NCBI RefSeq assembly: GCF_006345805.1
Contig: NC_043005.1
Coordinates: 32,674,001 to 32,738,000, forward strand
Direction: 5' to 3'
Length of the DNA: 64,000 bases
Source: Octopus sinensis
Lineage: Eukaryota
Both the position numbers and the translations under genes were made by a program. Under the pieces are notes generated by a model. The model was not told the origin of the DNA. It ran no database searches and saw only the letters and a list, made by a program, of their open reading frames with translations. This document shows, one piece after another, positions 48,863 to 61,179 of this stretch. Within the stretch, counting starts at the first letter, position 1. The number at the start of each line of letters is the position of its first letter.

Positions 48863-50745
48863 TTTCATTTTCTCACATACACACTCTCTTACACATTTCA
48901 TCTCTCTCTTTCACACACACATACACACTCACCCTCACTCTCTCTCTTTTGCACACCCCTAATACATGCATCTTTGAATTATTACCCTTACAATTTTTCT
49001 TACTTTCTTATACATACATCCTTTCTGCTAGTTCTTGTGTGTATGTTGTTTTTTTTTTCAAGGTGTCCTGTAAAGGGAACTAAAAGATTAGGACTGATTA
49101 TAATAATATTTACAGTATAATCTGCCACACCATGACTACATGGAGGAACTGTTGTAGAAGGAGAAGTGACTTCATTGAGAGACTCTTGTATAAGTTGTGG
49201 TGTTCATAATGTGCAGTAATTATTATAGAATAACTATGACACTGTTGTGTGTCTGCAATATTATATAATGAATATGTCAAGTGTAATTGCTGTATGCCAA
49301 CACTATGATAGCGTGGTTACTATGTAACTGGTGGCTGGTATATAGTATATACTATACTATGGTGTATTGTATGATGTAGTATGACTGACTTATGCATAGG
49401 ACATATTGACAGCTTGATGTGTAGTCAACAACACTCGTAATGACTATGTAATATTGGAGTGTAAGCTTGTGTTTATGGCTTATTGTTTACTTCAGTTCTT
49501 GAAAAGTAGAAAATCTGTTTTGACAAAGCTGTAACAGGAAGCTGGAAGTTGCAAATTTGCTACTTTAACAGTTGAGTCTGTTATCTTATATTCAAGTTAT
49601 ACAGCCCTTGTGTTTAGTTTATCTAGAAGTAAATCTGCCCAAGTTGTAGGCGTACCAAATAACCAAACACCCCCACACCTCAATTACTACACTTTCACTT
49701 CTCTGCTCACTCAACCAAATATTGAAAGTCTTGTATTTATAAGTGTTTTAATCCTCTTTGCATCAGTAATACAAATAAAATTCTCTTTGCTGTATCCTCT
49801 GGCTTTCTCCAACAACTGATCAACCATGTATATTTAAGTCCATTCTTTTTGATCTAATTTTCCCACTTACAAGTTTGTTTTCATCATCTTCCTTTCTTGC
49901 ATTTTTTTTCTCTGTTAGCCTAAGTTCCTTGTATTAAAACACTACATAACCAATTCAGCGTTCTCATCATGCCTTTGAGGTTTTTTCTGTTCCTGGCCTC
50001 CTACAAAGTCCTGAAGTGTTGTTTATAATGTTTTTATCATTATGTTTTGCTGTTTTTATTATCATATTCTGTCAAATTACTTAAACCTTTCCTTCCTCCT
50101 CCATCATTCTATGCTTTGACTTTTAACAGGCTTCACTACTAAAGGGAATTCCCTATCTTCCTTAAAATTCCCCGTGTAGAACTCTCAGCATAGAACTTAC
50201 TGAAGATCAATATTTGTGTGTGCGTGTTGATGTATATTTTGGGCTGCAATTAGCTTTTGACTAGTGGTGGATGACAAATAATTAGATATATTGAGAAAAG
50301 GTTTTAGATGGGAAGAAGAGATCCCCTTTCAACTTTACACAGACCGTGATATGTTTGTGAAGGTATGGGATAGAAGTTGATAAATTAAACTCTATAATTA
50401 GTTCCTACTCTGTGGTTCTCTAGTATGACTGGGAATTAAAAAAGTACTTCACTACTTTACTGTTCATCTTGATTGTATGGTGGAGGTATAGAAGAAGAGA
50501 AAAAAAAAAAGCAAGTTTCTATTAGCAATAATGTTAATGCCACAACTATTAGTAATATGATATATTGTGTGCAGCAATAAAACAAATAGATTTGTAAGAG
50601 ATTGTCATTCACCAAATCATCTTAATCATGCCCCCCCCCCTCCACCCCTCCACACCAAATTCTGTTTATCAATTCATCAGAGTTTGTTAGCTGGTGTTTG
50701 CCCTACTTTCTCTTGTGCTTATCCCAATTCTATTTCTTTAAAGAT

Positions 50746-51003
50746 ATTGATTTCAAATTTTGGCTCAAGGCCAGCAATTTCAGAGGAGTGGGTAAGTCAA
50801 TTACATCGACCCCACTGCTTAACTGATACTTATTTTATCAACCCTGAAAGGATCAAAGAGAAAGTTCAGCTCAGTGGAATGTGAATTCAAGACATCCAGC
50901 TGTAGAAACTCTGCCAGATCATATTGGAGCCTGGTGCAGCCATCTGGCTCGCCAGTCCTTAGTCAAACCGTCCAATCCATGCCACCATGGAAAGCGGACA
51001 TTA
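50746..51003. mobile_element. SINE family B (-, 50746-50890) abutting an RTE-type 3' tail (+, 50893-51003)
   Basis: Family B core; catccagctgtagaaac..tccaatccatgcc.catggaaagcggacatt. Confidence 0.75.
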
Positions 51004-52065
51004 GAAAGCTTAGAAAACTTAGCAAAACACCCAGAATGGATTTGATCTGAGAAAGTTGTTGTAACCCTTTCATTGTTGTATGTCAAACAAATATAGACTG
51101 TTTGAAAGTTTCAAAAGAATTCATGTTTAGAATAAGATTATGAAATTTAATTTTTTTTTTTTGAAAAAAAAAAAAAAGAAGCTTTTGATATTGTGTGTTT
51201 GTGTGCAGACAGTTATGTGTATGTGTGTACACATCTTTGTCCATCATTGAATGTATGTTTATGTATGTTGATTATTAAATGCTGTTTATCAACAAATACA
51301 CTCCAGTTATAAAATTACAGGATTGTTAAACTCATTAACTACATGAAAAAAAAAAAAAGTAGTTTTAAAGACTTTCCTCTAGATTTTGATTAACCTCCTG
51401 AGAATTGATGCATAAACATGTTATTAATTTGTAAGCTTGTCCTTACTACTTGAAAAACACCCCTGTGTGTGTGTGTGGTATTTATCCTCAAGAGTTCTTT
51501 CAGAAAAAACGTGTGCCAGTGTTGAAAAGTTTAGTGCTTATTGGTGAAAGAAATTCAGTGAAATGTTTTGATTCTTAGTAGAAACAACTTTCATATTTTT
51601 CATATTATTATTAATGGATTTACAAGTACCACAACTTCCCAGTCTTCTTGCATACATTGAAGGCTCTGAAAATGTGTGTTTGTGTGCATGTATAATGCAC
51701 ATGTTAAATGCAGGTGTAGATAAACATGCAAACAGGCTTATCATCTAATATTATATTCAATTTTGAATTATGACCTATGTCCCTGTATTCTCTTGTTCCA
51801 CAGTCTTTCTCATGATTTTTCTCTACCACCGTATGCTGTATTTTATTGAGTCAAACATGTGTTTGTATATTTGTGTATCCTCCAAGAAAACCACTGACAG
51901 GAATATTATTGTCTGTTTGCATGTTTTACAAATATTTCTATCATGATTGGTTTTCTTGCCTTTCTTCCATCTCACACACATGTGTTTGTTTGTGTGTGTG
52001 TGTTGTATGTTTATGTGTGTGTGATAAGCACAAGCATGTGTATAGACACTAGCATGATCATAAGA

Positions 52066-52485
52066 ACATGCATGGCTGTGTGGTTAAGAAGTTCACTATG
52101 CAGTTATGTGATTTCAGGTTCACTCCCACTGCATAGCACCTCAGAGATGTTTAGTCTCACAGAAGTGATGACAAGTGACCAAAACTTCTGGCACTCTGCT
52201 GTGCTTGAGAAGACATGTCAAGCTAAGTGAAATTGTGGTCATGACCAGTGCAAGTGACACATAAAAGGTACCTATGCTGGTGACGCATAAAAAGCAAGCA
52301 TGCCAGTGACATGTAAAAGATGCCCATTACACTCTATGGAGTGGTTAACGTTAAGAAGGGCATCTGGCCATAGAAACCAAGCCAAAACAGACTGGAGCTT
52401 GATGTAGCTCTCTGGCTTATCAGCTCCACTCAAACTGTCTAACCCAGGCTAGCTTGGAAAACAGACCCTAAATGATGTTGATGAC
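52066..52485 (+). mobile_element. SINE with family A tRNA head and RTE-derived 3' tail
   Basis: catggctgtgtggttaagaag..ggttcactcccactgcat then gtgcttgagaagac..aagggcatctggcc.tagaaacc..aaatgatgttgatg. Confidence 0.7.
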
Positions 52486-52689
52486 TCTCAGATTAGATAC
52501 AATGTTAATACAACATTATTGCAATATCGAAAAATTTTCTGTTCAGTATGATGAAGATGTAATCATTTCAATATAAAGTTAAAGTTGTTATTTATTGTGG
52601 TGATAGACATTAGCACCCCCATGTGATTAAAAGATGGACTTGTCAAACTCTTATAAAGAGTATTGTTATCGTTGAGACGACAGAGGGGG

Positions 52690-54082
52690 TTTGGAGTTTT
52701 GCACCAGGCTTCAGTCTGATCTTGCAAGGTTTCTACAGCTGGATGCCCTTCCTAATGCCAACAACTCCGAGATTGTAGTGAGTACTTTTTACATGCCACT
52801 GGCATGGGAGCCAGTCAGGCAGCATTGGCATTGATCACATTCGGATGGTGCTTTTTACATAGCACTGGTACAGGAGCCAGTCAGGGGTCACTGGCTTAGA
52901 CCACATTCAGAAGATGCTTTTTATGTATCACCAGCATGGTAGCCACTCGGTGGGCAGTGGTATTGACCATGTTCAAGTCGTGCTTTATATGTGCCACTGG
53001 CATGGGGAGCTAGTCAGGCAGCACTGGCATCAATCCATCCTTGAACGATGCTTATCACATGCCACTAGCACAGGTGCCAGTCAGACAGCACTAGCGTCGG
53101 CCACAACTACAATTTCACTTGACTCAACAGGTCTTCTCAAGTACAGTGTGTCATCTGATGATTCAGAGATACTTTTAAATGGGCTGGTTATGTAACACTG
53201 GTATCGGCCACAGCTGCGATGTTACTTTACTTACTGGCTCTTCTCAATCTCAGCATATCTCCAAAGGTCTCGATCTCTTGCCACTGCGAGACCCAATGTT
53301 CGAAGGTCATGCCTCACCACCTCATCCCAGGTCTTTCTGAGTCTACCTCTTCCACAGTGTTCCCTCTACTGCTAGGGTGTGGTACTTCTTCACACAGCTG
53401 TCCTCATCCATATGCAACACATGACCATACCAGCGCAGTCATCTCTCTTGCCCACTACATTTGATGCTTCTTATGTCCAACCTTTCTCTCAGGGTGCTTA
53501 CACTCTGTTGTGTATGCACACTGACATTATACATCCAGTGGATCATCCTAGCTTCATTTCTTTCAAGCCTACGCATGTCCTCAGCAGTCACAGCCCATGT
53601 TTCACTGATGTGTAGCATGGCTGTTCACACACAGGCATCATACAGTCTACTTTTCACTCTGAGCGAGAGGCCCTTTGTTACCAGCAGAGGTAGGAGCTTT
53701 CTAAACTTGCTCATGCTATTCTTATTCTAGCAGCTATGCTCTCCAAGCAGCCACCTCTGCTAGAGACTTGGTCACTTAGATAGTGGAAGCTATCAACTAC
53801 TTCTAGTTTCTTTCCCTGGCATGTGATGGAATTTGTTTTCTGTACATTTTCAGTATTTATTGCCTTTGTGCATCTGCCACACACAAAAACTGTCTTCCTG
53901 GTTAACTTTCCTTTGATATTGCTGCATCTCTTATGTGTCCATTGCTTGCACTGGGTATATCGTATGGAGTTTCTACCTATGCCTTTTCTACAGTTCGAGC
54001 AGGGCCATCTACCTGAAGATTTGTCTGCCTTCCTTCTTACTAGGACTTTGCTTTTTGCTAGATTGACTTAAAGGCCCTTCAA
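52690..54082 (-). mobile_element. RTE-clade LINE, 5'-truncated, degenerate
   Basis: Homologous to 62320-63700; LEVVDSF.YL, GLSLRVK.RLYDACV, SETWAVT motifs. Confidence 0.9.
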
Positions 54083-56194
54083 TTCATTATCATCAAAAAC
54101 AGAAGTGGGAAATCTTTGTACGCTGTAACACCATGTTGTTCTTAATTGCCATTTGACAAGAAAAAAAAAATTCCTGCAAATTATTTTATCAGTTATTATT
54201 CTTAAAACTTTGACAAAGTGTACTTTTAACTATGACTTTGTTTTTGCCATTGCATAGCATGCTTGACTATAAAAATGCCAATAGTCACCCTTGAAGAAGC
54301 ATACATGGTAACACAGCAATGTGTGTGCTAAGTCACAGTTCATTTTACATTTTCTAAACATAATTACAAGTATAGATAAAGAAATATAAATAGATGTATC
54401 AAAAATCCCATTAGTTCAAAGGATAAACTTTTAATGTAATTAAATCAACAAAAATATACTCTGTAAAAGAGTAAAGAGTAAAGAGTAGTATAATGAGTTT
54501 TCACTCAAAATGTATTTCTTTGAGAAGGCTGCTAGTTTTCTACTTCTGATTTCAAATCATAGCAATATAGAAATGAATTAATTTAAACATTATCTAAAAT
54601 CATGGCAATTTGAAAATTAGAAATGGATATAAAATCATGGTTTCATAATACTAAAACTGTGATGAGAACTTCCTTGTATTGGAAAGACATATTGAGTGCT
54701 TAGGGAGGGAAGTAACTCCAAATATCAATGGACTTAAACTATGGATGACTTTTCCAGCTGAAGCTATCACACACATGCACGCATGCGCGCGCGCGAGAAT
54801 AGAGATAAAAACTGTCAAGTAGGCACACATGCATATTGGCAGCTATATGTAGTGCTAGGGAGGAAAGAGGAATAAAGGCCAGATAGAGAAAGAAAGAAAG
54901 GAAGATGCAAAGATGAAAGAAAAGGGAAGAAAGGAAAAACAAAGGAGAATAATAAGAGAGAAAGAGATGTAGGGAGTGGGGTAGAAGATAGAAGTCATTC
55001 TCCAGCCATGAACATGTTAGTGCACAAACAAGTTGCTAAAAACACACACACACACAGTTGCTAACAACTAACTAGCACAGAAGGAAGATAAAGGATGAAA
55101 GCATGCCACATGAAGAATTACCAATACATGTGTATTTATGCTTTTTTTAGTGTGTATGTGTGTGTGCATCACATGCATACGTATAAAACTAAATGTTATA
55201 ATAGTGTTTTTATTATAAAGTATTTTTAAGAACAACATCAAAACAATTACTGATGGTCTGATTCTTTAATGAGAGTAGAATCACATTTGTTGGGAAAACC
55301 ATGTTTACTGGAGCTTCACTCTTCTCTTTCTCTCTCTCTCTCTCTCTCCCGTCTGTGTGGATGTCTGTCTGTCTCTTTCTCTCTCTCTCTCTCTCTATCT
55401 AGTGTAGATTAAAATAAAAAATGAAAAAGCAAAACCTTTGACATCACTTGAAAAAAAAACATTTGATTTAAATAGAGAGTATAAACATATAGCCTCTTAC
55501 AGCTGTTTCTAGAATAACCAAACATGTGGATCAGGGTATTGAGTAAGGATTCCATAAGCTGAGTAATCTGTCATCAGAATGGGAGAAGTTAGAGAAATTT
55601 AAAAATAAAGAAATATCCAATCAAGGATATTATATTCCAGTTTGTCAAAAGTGAAGGATGAATCAGAGTAAAATGGGTATGTGTTTTGCTGTTCCATGAT
55701 ATGCTGTTCCATAATTAAATTGTAGGTAAGGTCCATTAGCAGTTTCAAACAAGAATGTTCAATGATAATCCATAGCAAAGAATAGAGGAAGTTACCAGTT
55801 TCATTTTTGAATGGAGTGTGAATGAGGGGTTAAGTAGGAAGAATATACTATAGTGTGGAGGAAGACAGACTGATAGATGTACTAATGTAGATATATACTT
55901 GTCGAGAGCATAGTTGGGGTATGCTTGTCTAAGCATACCAAAAACGTCTGATGCCAAATGTTTTGCTTTTTCAATTTTTCAATTTAATCTATATCTGCCT
56001 GCTCGAGAAGAAACCACTTCAAGCCACCTTCAATAAGCAGTCTCAACATTACACTTTTCAATTGCATTTGAAACTGGAGCTTTAGTGGTATACCAAACTG
56101 AGCACTTATAAGTACTTACCTATTTCATAACATCAGTTGTTGAAAACCTCTTGCATATTCTGTGTGTAATTCCAAGCCAACCACTGCCCTGTGA

Positions 56195-56452
56195 GAACAT
56201 TTGGCAGATGGAAACTGTGTGGAAGGGTGCCACATGTGTGTGTGTGTCTTTTTTCTGTGTTTGTCTCTCACTCTATGGCTTGACAACTGGTGTTGTTTGG
56301 GTTTGTTTACATCCCCATAATTTAGTAGTTCAACAAAAGAGACGGAATAAGTACCGAAATGAATAAAAGTACTAGGGTCAATTTGTTCAACTTATACCTT
56401 TCAAAGTAGTACTCCAGCATGGCTATGGTCCCGTGACTGAAACAGGTAAAAA
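56195..56452 (+). mobile_element. SINE family A 3' part, degenerate
   Basis: ttgacaactggtgtt..tttacatcccc..aataagtac..ccagcatggct..gactgaaacaggtaaaa. Confidence 0.7.
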
Positions 56453-56813
56453 AATATAGATAACAGTTATATTGTTTTCATTGTGTTATTTTACATTTCA
56501 ATATGTGTGTGTATATATGTATATATATGAGAAGCTGTTTATATGTGAATATATTGATGTGTATATATGCATTATATGTATACATTCTCAAGCATATATT
56601 CTCTGTATATTCTCCATTTATTTCTCTCTCTCTCTCTCTCCCTCCTTCCTTCTTTCCGGCATCATTTCTACTAATAGATGCAATGCTTGAGGTTGTTTTT
56701 CTTTGAATCTATAAATCTAATATAAAATGCAAGTTATATTATTTTAAAATTTTAGATGAATCCCATTTAAATTAAATTATTTATTTATAATTATTTTCTC
56801 TTTTTTCTTTCAG

Positions 56814-56879
56814 CATTGAAGCGCAAGTTGATGCTTCGGCGATCTGTTACTGAACTGGTTGACCGAGGCATTTATCCAC
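56814..56879 (+). CDS. Mrtf: MRTF coding exon containing RPEL1 (SLKRKLMLRRSVTELVDRGIYP)
   Basis: Strong acceptor ttttttctttcAG, donor CAC|GTAAGT, 66 nt, phase 1-1; RRxxxEL RPEL1 signature. Confidence 0.95.
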
Positions 56880-57499
56880 GTAAGTTGCAATTTTTTCTCC
56901 CATTCTTGTTCTTGTTGAATGTCTTATCCACTTTTTGTGGAAGGAATGTATTCCATTTATTAGGCACATCATTTGCTGTCAATGCCCACTGAGTGGAGGG
57001 AGGAGCATGTTGTAGCTGATGCAGGCATGCCACAGGGGGTTGCAATATTTCCAACAATTCTGTGTAAGGTAGAGGTTTGACTCAGTCATTTGTACTCTTC
57101 TTTTTCTCTAAGAACTGTTATAATGGAAATAAATGGCCATTTCTCCTGGATAAGCTCTCACCTCTCACAGTTTTTTTTTTTTACCTTGCATAGAAAACAA
57201 CAACATTTGAAACCTTGAATCCTAAATATCAGATTGATATTCAGTGTTGAATTATTCCCTTCAACTTTTTATGAATAATATAGAGTTATGGAAAAATGGC
57301 CTTACCCTCATTACCCATAGAAGAAATTAGGATGTAGGTATCTTTGAAAACACAATTTAAAAGTGGACTACTTGTTTGTTGCTGCAGGTGACAATGGCAG
57401 CCTCAGTTGGTCTGCAGAGTTAAGCAGATAAAACACCAAACCCAGCTGCAGCTGGATAAAATTATTTAGTGATAAAGCTAATCATACAAATAAAATTAA

Positions 57500-57935
57500 T
57501 AACCCTTTCTACTATAGGCACAAAGCCTGAAATTTGGGGGAGGGATATAGTTGATTATATTGACCCCAGTGTGTCACTGATACTTAAGTTATTGATCCTG
57601 AAAGGATGAAAGGTAATGTTGACCTCAGTGGAATTTGAACTCAGGACGTAGCGACAGACGAAATATCACTAAGCATTTCACCCAACATGCTAACAATTCT
57701 GCTAGCTTGCCACCTTAAAAATAATAATAATTTTGAATTTTGGTACAAGTCAGCAATTTCAGGGGTTGGGGTAAGTTGATTACCTCTACCCCGGTGTTCA
57801 ACTGGTACTTATTTTATCAACCTTGAAAGGATGAAAGACAAAGTCAACCTCAGTGGCATTTGAACTCAGATTGTAAAGACGGATGAAATGCCACTAAACA
57901 CTTTGCTCAGCTTGCTAATGGTTCTGCCAGCTCAC
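57500..57935 (-). mobile_element. SINE family B, two tandem copies
   Basis: gaaaggatgaaag..atttgaactcag..gaaat.cact..ctgc.agct twice. Confidence 0.9.
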
Positions 57936-58064
57936 AACAACAATAGCAGTAATAAACTAAAAGGGGAAGGCAAAAATCCTCTGGCACTTTGACTTCCAAA
58001 CAGACAAGGTATTAGAGCACCAAGGGTGGGATATAGTAACCTTTTGGAGGGACAAACAAGAGTG

Positions 58065-58360
58065 CCTTCCAATTGAGATTGCTAAGATGTGTCAGCTATG
58101 AGAGTCAAGCATAAAGGTTATCCCTACTGTCATTGTAGCATTGGGTTCAATACCACCCAATCTGAAAACTTTAGAAATACCCTACAATCTGGGTGTATAG
58201 CAAAAGTCAGCATTACTTGGAACTGCATGCATATTGTGTAAAGTACTTTCTGTCTGAGGTCCTTGTTGTGACTTGACAAACAGTCAGACCCCCGATAGAC
58301 ACAATATCTTCAGTCAACAACCTCACGATATTGTATACTGTGTGATGTCTATAATAATAA
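58065..58360 (+). mobile_element. R4/Dong-like LINE 3' end
   Basis: IEIAKM..KVIPTVIVALGSIP..QKSALLGTACILCKVLSV* with (taa)n tail split by the Helitron. Confidence 0.75.
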
Positions 58361-59497
58361 CTAGCAGGCATACCCGGCATTGCCTGGGGCTGTTTGTTAA
58401 GTATGCCTGGTCAGCATAGTCTCCCACAAAGTAGAGCTGAAGAAACTGAGGTGGGGCAGCGTCATGCGGGTGCAGGGAACCAATTCTATGGTAAATCTGC
58501 CCCTGCACTTTAAAGGAAGGCATGAAATGCCCATCTTGTATGATGTTGGCGCTGAAGGAAGTCATTTAGAACACGCAGTTGTAGGCATGTATCTGCTTGA
58601 GAAAGTCATGACAATAAGGAGATGCCCCTGTCAAAAGGGGTGGAGCAGCACATGCTGGGAGTTGAGGAAGCATCTCTTGTAATTTGATCTGCATGTTGTG
58701 CTGCAGTGTTTGAAGCTTGTGCTGCAGCAGTAGAAGAAGCATTTCTTGTTCAGTGTGCTGAACATTGCTCATTGCAGCTTGTTGCACAGCAATACATGCT
58801 AACTGATCACAATGCTGCTCTTCACTTTCCCTTCTTCGCACTGAGGCCATCCTAAGTACATTGAGAGAGTTCCTCCTGGCGGCATCCTCAGCAGATTTAT
58901 TTGCACACATACGTTTACTTTTCTTTGCAGCATTTGTTTGCCAACCTATATTGGTGGAAAATTATCAGATTACACAACAGAAAATGTCCTAAGTAAAAGT
59001 GGTGAACGTGTATCACCCAAAAAATAGTAAAATGTAGTTTGCAAAAATGTTAATCAAACAGACCGAATTAAGGATTTTTTTATTTTGCTTAAGAGTTTTG
59101 AAGTGGTTAGTTTAAGTTGGAATAATTATATAAAAAAGAGCGCTCATGTGAAAACAGAGGCAAATCGTAACTTGCAAATGAATACTGCTGGCAGTACTGT
59201 GCAAGCAGTCGATAAGAACTCGCCACAGCTGACAAAGTAAAGTATTGATTTTTTTCCAGCTGGGTGTGTGTCACGTTTTTTTTTTTGCTGGCTCAAGCAA
59301 AATTGTTGGTGAATTTAGAATAATCTATTTATGTTGGGGGCATGGAATTTCGAGGAAAAAATTATAAGAAAAAGCGTCCTCAGTCAAAGAGAGCACACAT
59401 GTCAAATTTGGTGAAATTCAGTTGAAAATTGTAGGAGTAGAAGTGTTTCACACAACACACACACAGGCAGATAACTTGCCTTTTAATATATATAAGA
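58361..59497 (-). mobile_element. Internally deleted Helitron with both termini
   Basis: 5' TC at 59497, 3' hairpin cccaggcaatgccggg then CTAG at 58361, A|T target; Rep remnant YNCVF*MTSF..FKVQGQIYHRIGSL..PQFLQLYF. Confidence 0.92.
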
Positions 59498-59513
59498 TAA
59501 TAATAATAATAAT

Positions 59514-59722
59514 AATCCTTTCTACTAAAGGCACAAAGCCTAAAATTATGGGAGAGAAGACTAGTCGATTACATTGACCCCAGTATTTCACTGGTACTTA
59601 CTTTATTGACCCCCGAAAGGATGAAAGGCAAAGTTGACCTCAACAGAATTTGAATTCAGAACATAGTGACAGGCGAAATACCACTAAGCATTTTGTCCAG
59701 CTTGCTAACAATTCTGTTAGTT
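59514..59722 (-). mobile_element. SINE family B
   Basis: aatcctttctact..gaccccgaaaggatgaaaggcaaagttgacc..ggcgaaatacc.ctaagcattt. Confidence 0.9.
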
Positions 59723-60025
59723 CACAGACTCCTCCTCCTCCTCCTTCTTCTTCTTATAATAATAATAATAATAGAATATGCTTTTAACTACATTTATGAG
59801 TAGGTATTAGTTCCAAGACCTGCAATGAAAAATCAGGCTGTATATCAGAATTAAGTAACTCTTTTAGCGTGATTTACACTGTAGTTGACTCTGAAATATT
59901 GACTGATAGTTGTAATGTCAATTAATATGGCAATACTAATGATTATGAGAGCTTAGTGCCTAGAAAAAGTTGATTGATTATCTCTAATGGTCATAAAACG
60001 ATTTTTAAAAAAAATATTTTATATT

Positions 60026-60393
60026 AGGTGCAGACGTGGCTGTGTGGTAAGAAGCTTGCTTCCCAACCACATGATTCAGGGTTCAGTCTCACTGTGTGGC
60101 ACTTTAGACAAGTGTCTTCTACTATGGCCTCAGGCTGACCAAAGTCTTGTGAGTGGATTTGGCAGACAGAAACTGAAAGAAGCCTGTCATATATATATAT
60201 GTGTGTGTGTATTGTGTGGGTTGTGTGTTAATGTCCCTGTAACTTAGCAGTTTGGCAAATAGGCTGAGAGAATAAGTAGTAGACTTAACAAAAAGTAAGT
60301 ACTAGGATCAATTCATTCAACTAAAAGTTCTTCATCATGCTGGTACCTCAGTATGGCTGCAGTCAAATGACTAAAATAAGTAAACGATAAAAG
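60026..60393 (+). mobile_element. SINE family A, near full length
   Basis: ggtgcagacgtggctgtgtggtaagaagcttgcttcccaaccacatg..gcagtcaaatgact. Confidence 0.9.
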
Positions 60394-61123
60394 ATTATGG
60401 GTTTCTTTAAAAAAAAAAAAAAAGTAATGCAGGATGTTTAATAATCAGTTTTATTTTTGTTTTGTTACTGTATCTAGTATTGAAATAAGTAGGTGAATAC
60501 TAGTTGGTGTTGATCTTCAAAGTGAGGTAATACTGTAACATGTTCCAGATGACTCACCCCCCCTCTCTCTCTCCCTCTCTTTATCTTTCTATCTCTCTCA
60601 AGCTTCAACCTTTGCTTTCTCTCTCTCAAGCGTTGCTTTCACTTCCATTTCTGAAGGAATCTATACCTTAGAATGTTTTCATAATCTACTTCTTGAGTTA
60701 AAGAAACAAAAAGTTTTGAAATGGGGTGGGGTGGGGTGGGGGGCGGCAGACATTACAAAACACAACTGAAATCCTGCATTGTGTTTAACGGAGATTTAGC
60801 TATTGGTGTGTGTGTATGTGTATGCATAGGCTTGTGTATGTACACATACACTTGTGATTTTACATATACAAACATAGATACATGTATATAGACCTATACA
60901 TGCAAACACACACACACACACACACACACAATATATATAAGAAAAAAATTTTATGCCAGCTCACAGGCACACACACATATATATGTACATACACACACAT
61001 ACAATTGAATGCTAGCTTTCCAAACTACTAATCACTCTTTTATCAATTTATGTAATTTTTACTTTATTTAATTCTGTTTTTAATATGTTATTAATACTTC
61101 ATTTGTTGTTGTTGTTGTTGCAG

Positions 61124-61179
61124 CTCTTAAAACACCTCCTGCATATGCAGAACAAAGAAAGCAGCTGGAACGGGCAAAG
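61124..61179 (+). CDS. Mrtf: MRTF coding exon (PLKTPPAYAEQRKQLERAK), RPEL1-RPEL2 spacer
   Basis: (ttg)n-CAG acceptor, AAG|GTAGAG donor, phase 1-0; matches MRTF consensus PLK(T/S)PxAFxEQRxxLERA(K/R). Confidence 0.95.

Noticed and set aside
52914-54071. Plus-strand ORFs over the RTE copies (also 62427-63945)
   Set aside because: Antisense shadows of the LINE ORF and UTR.
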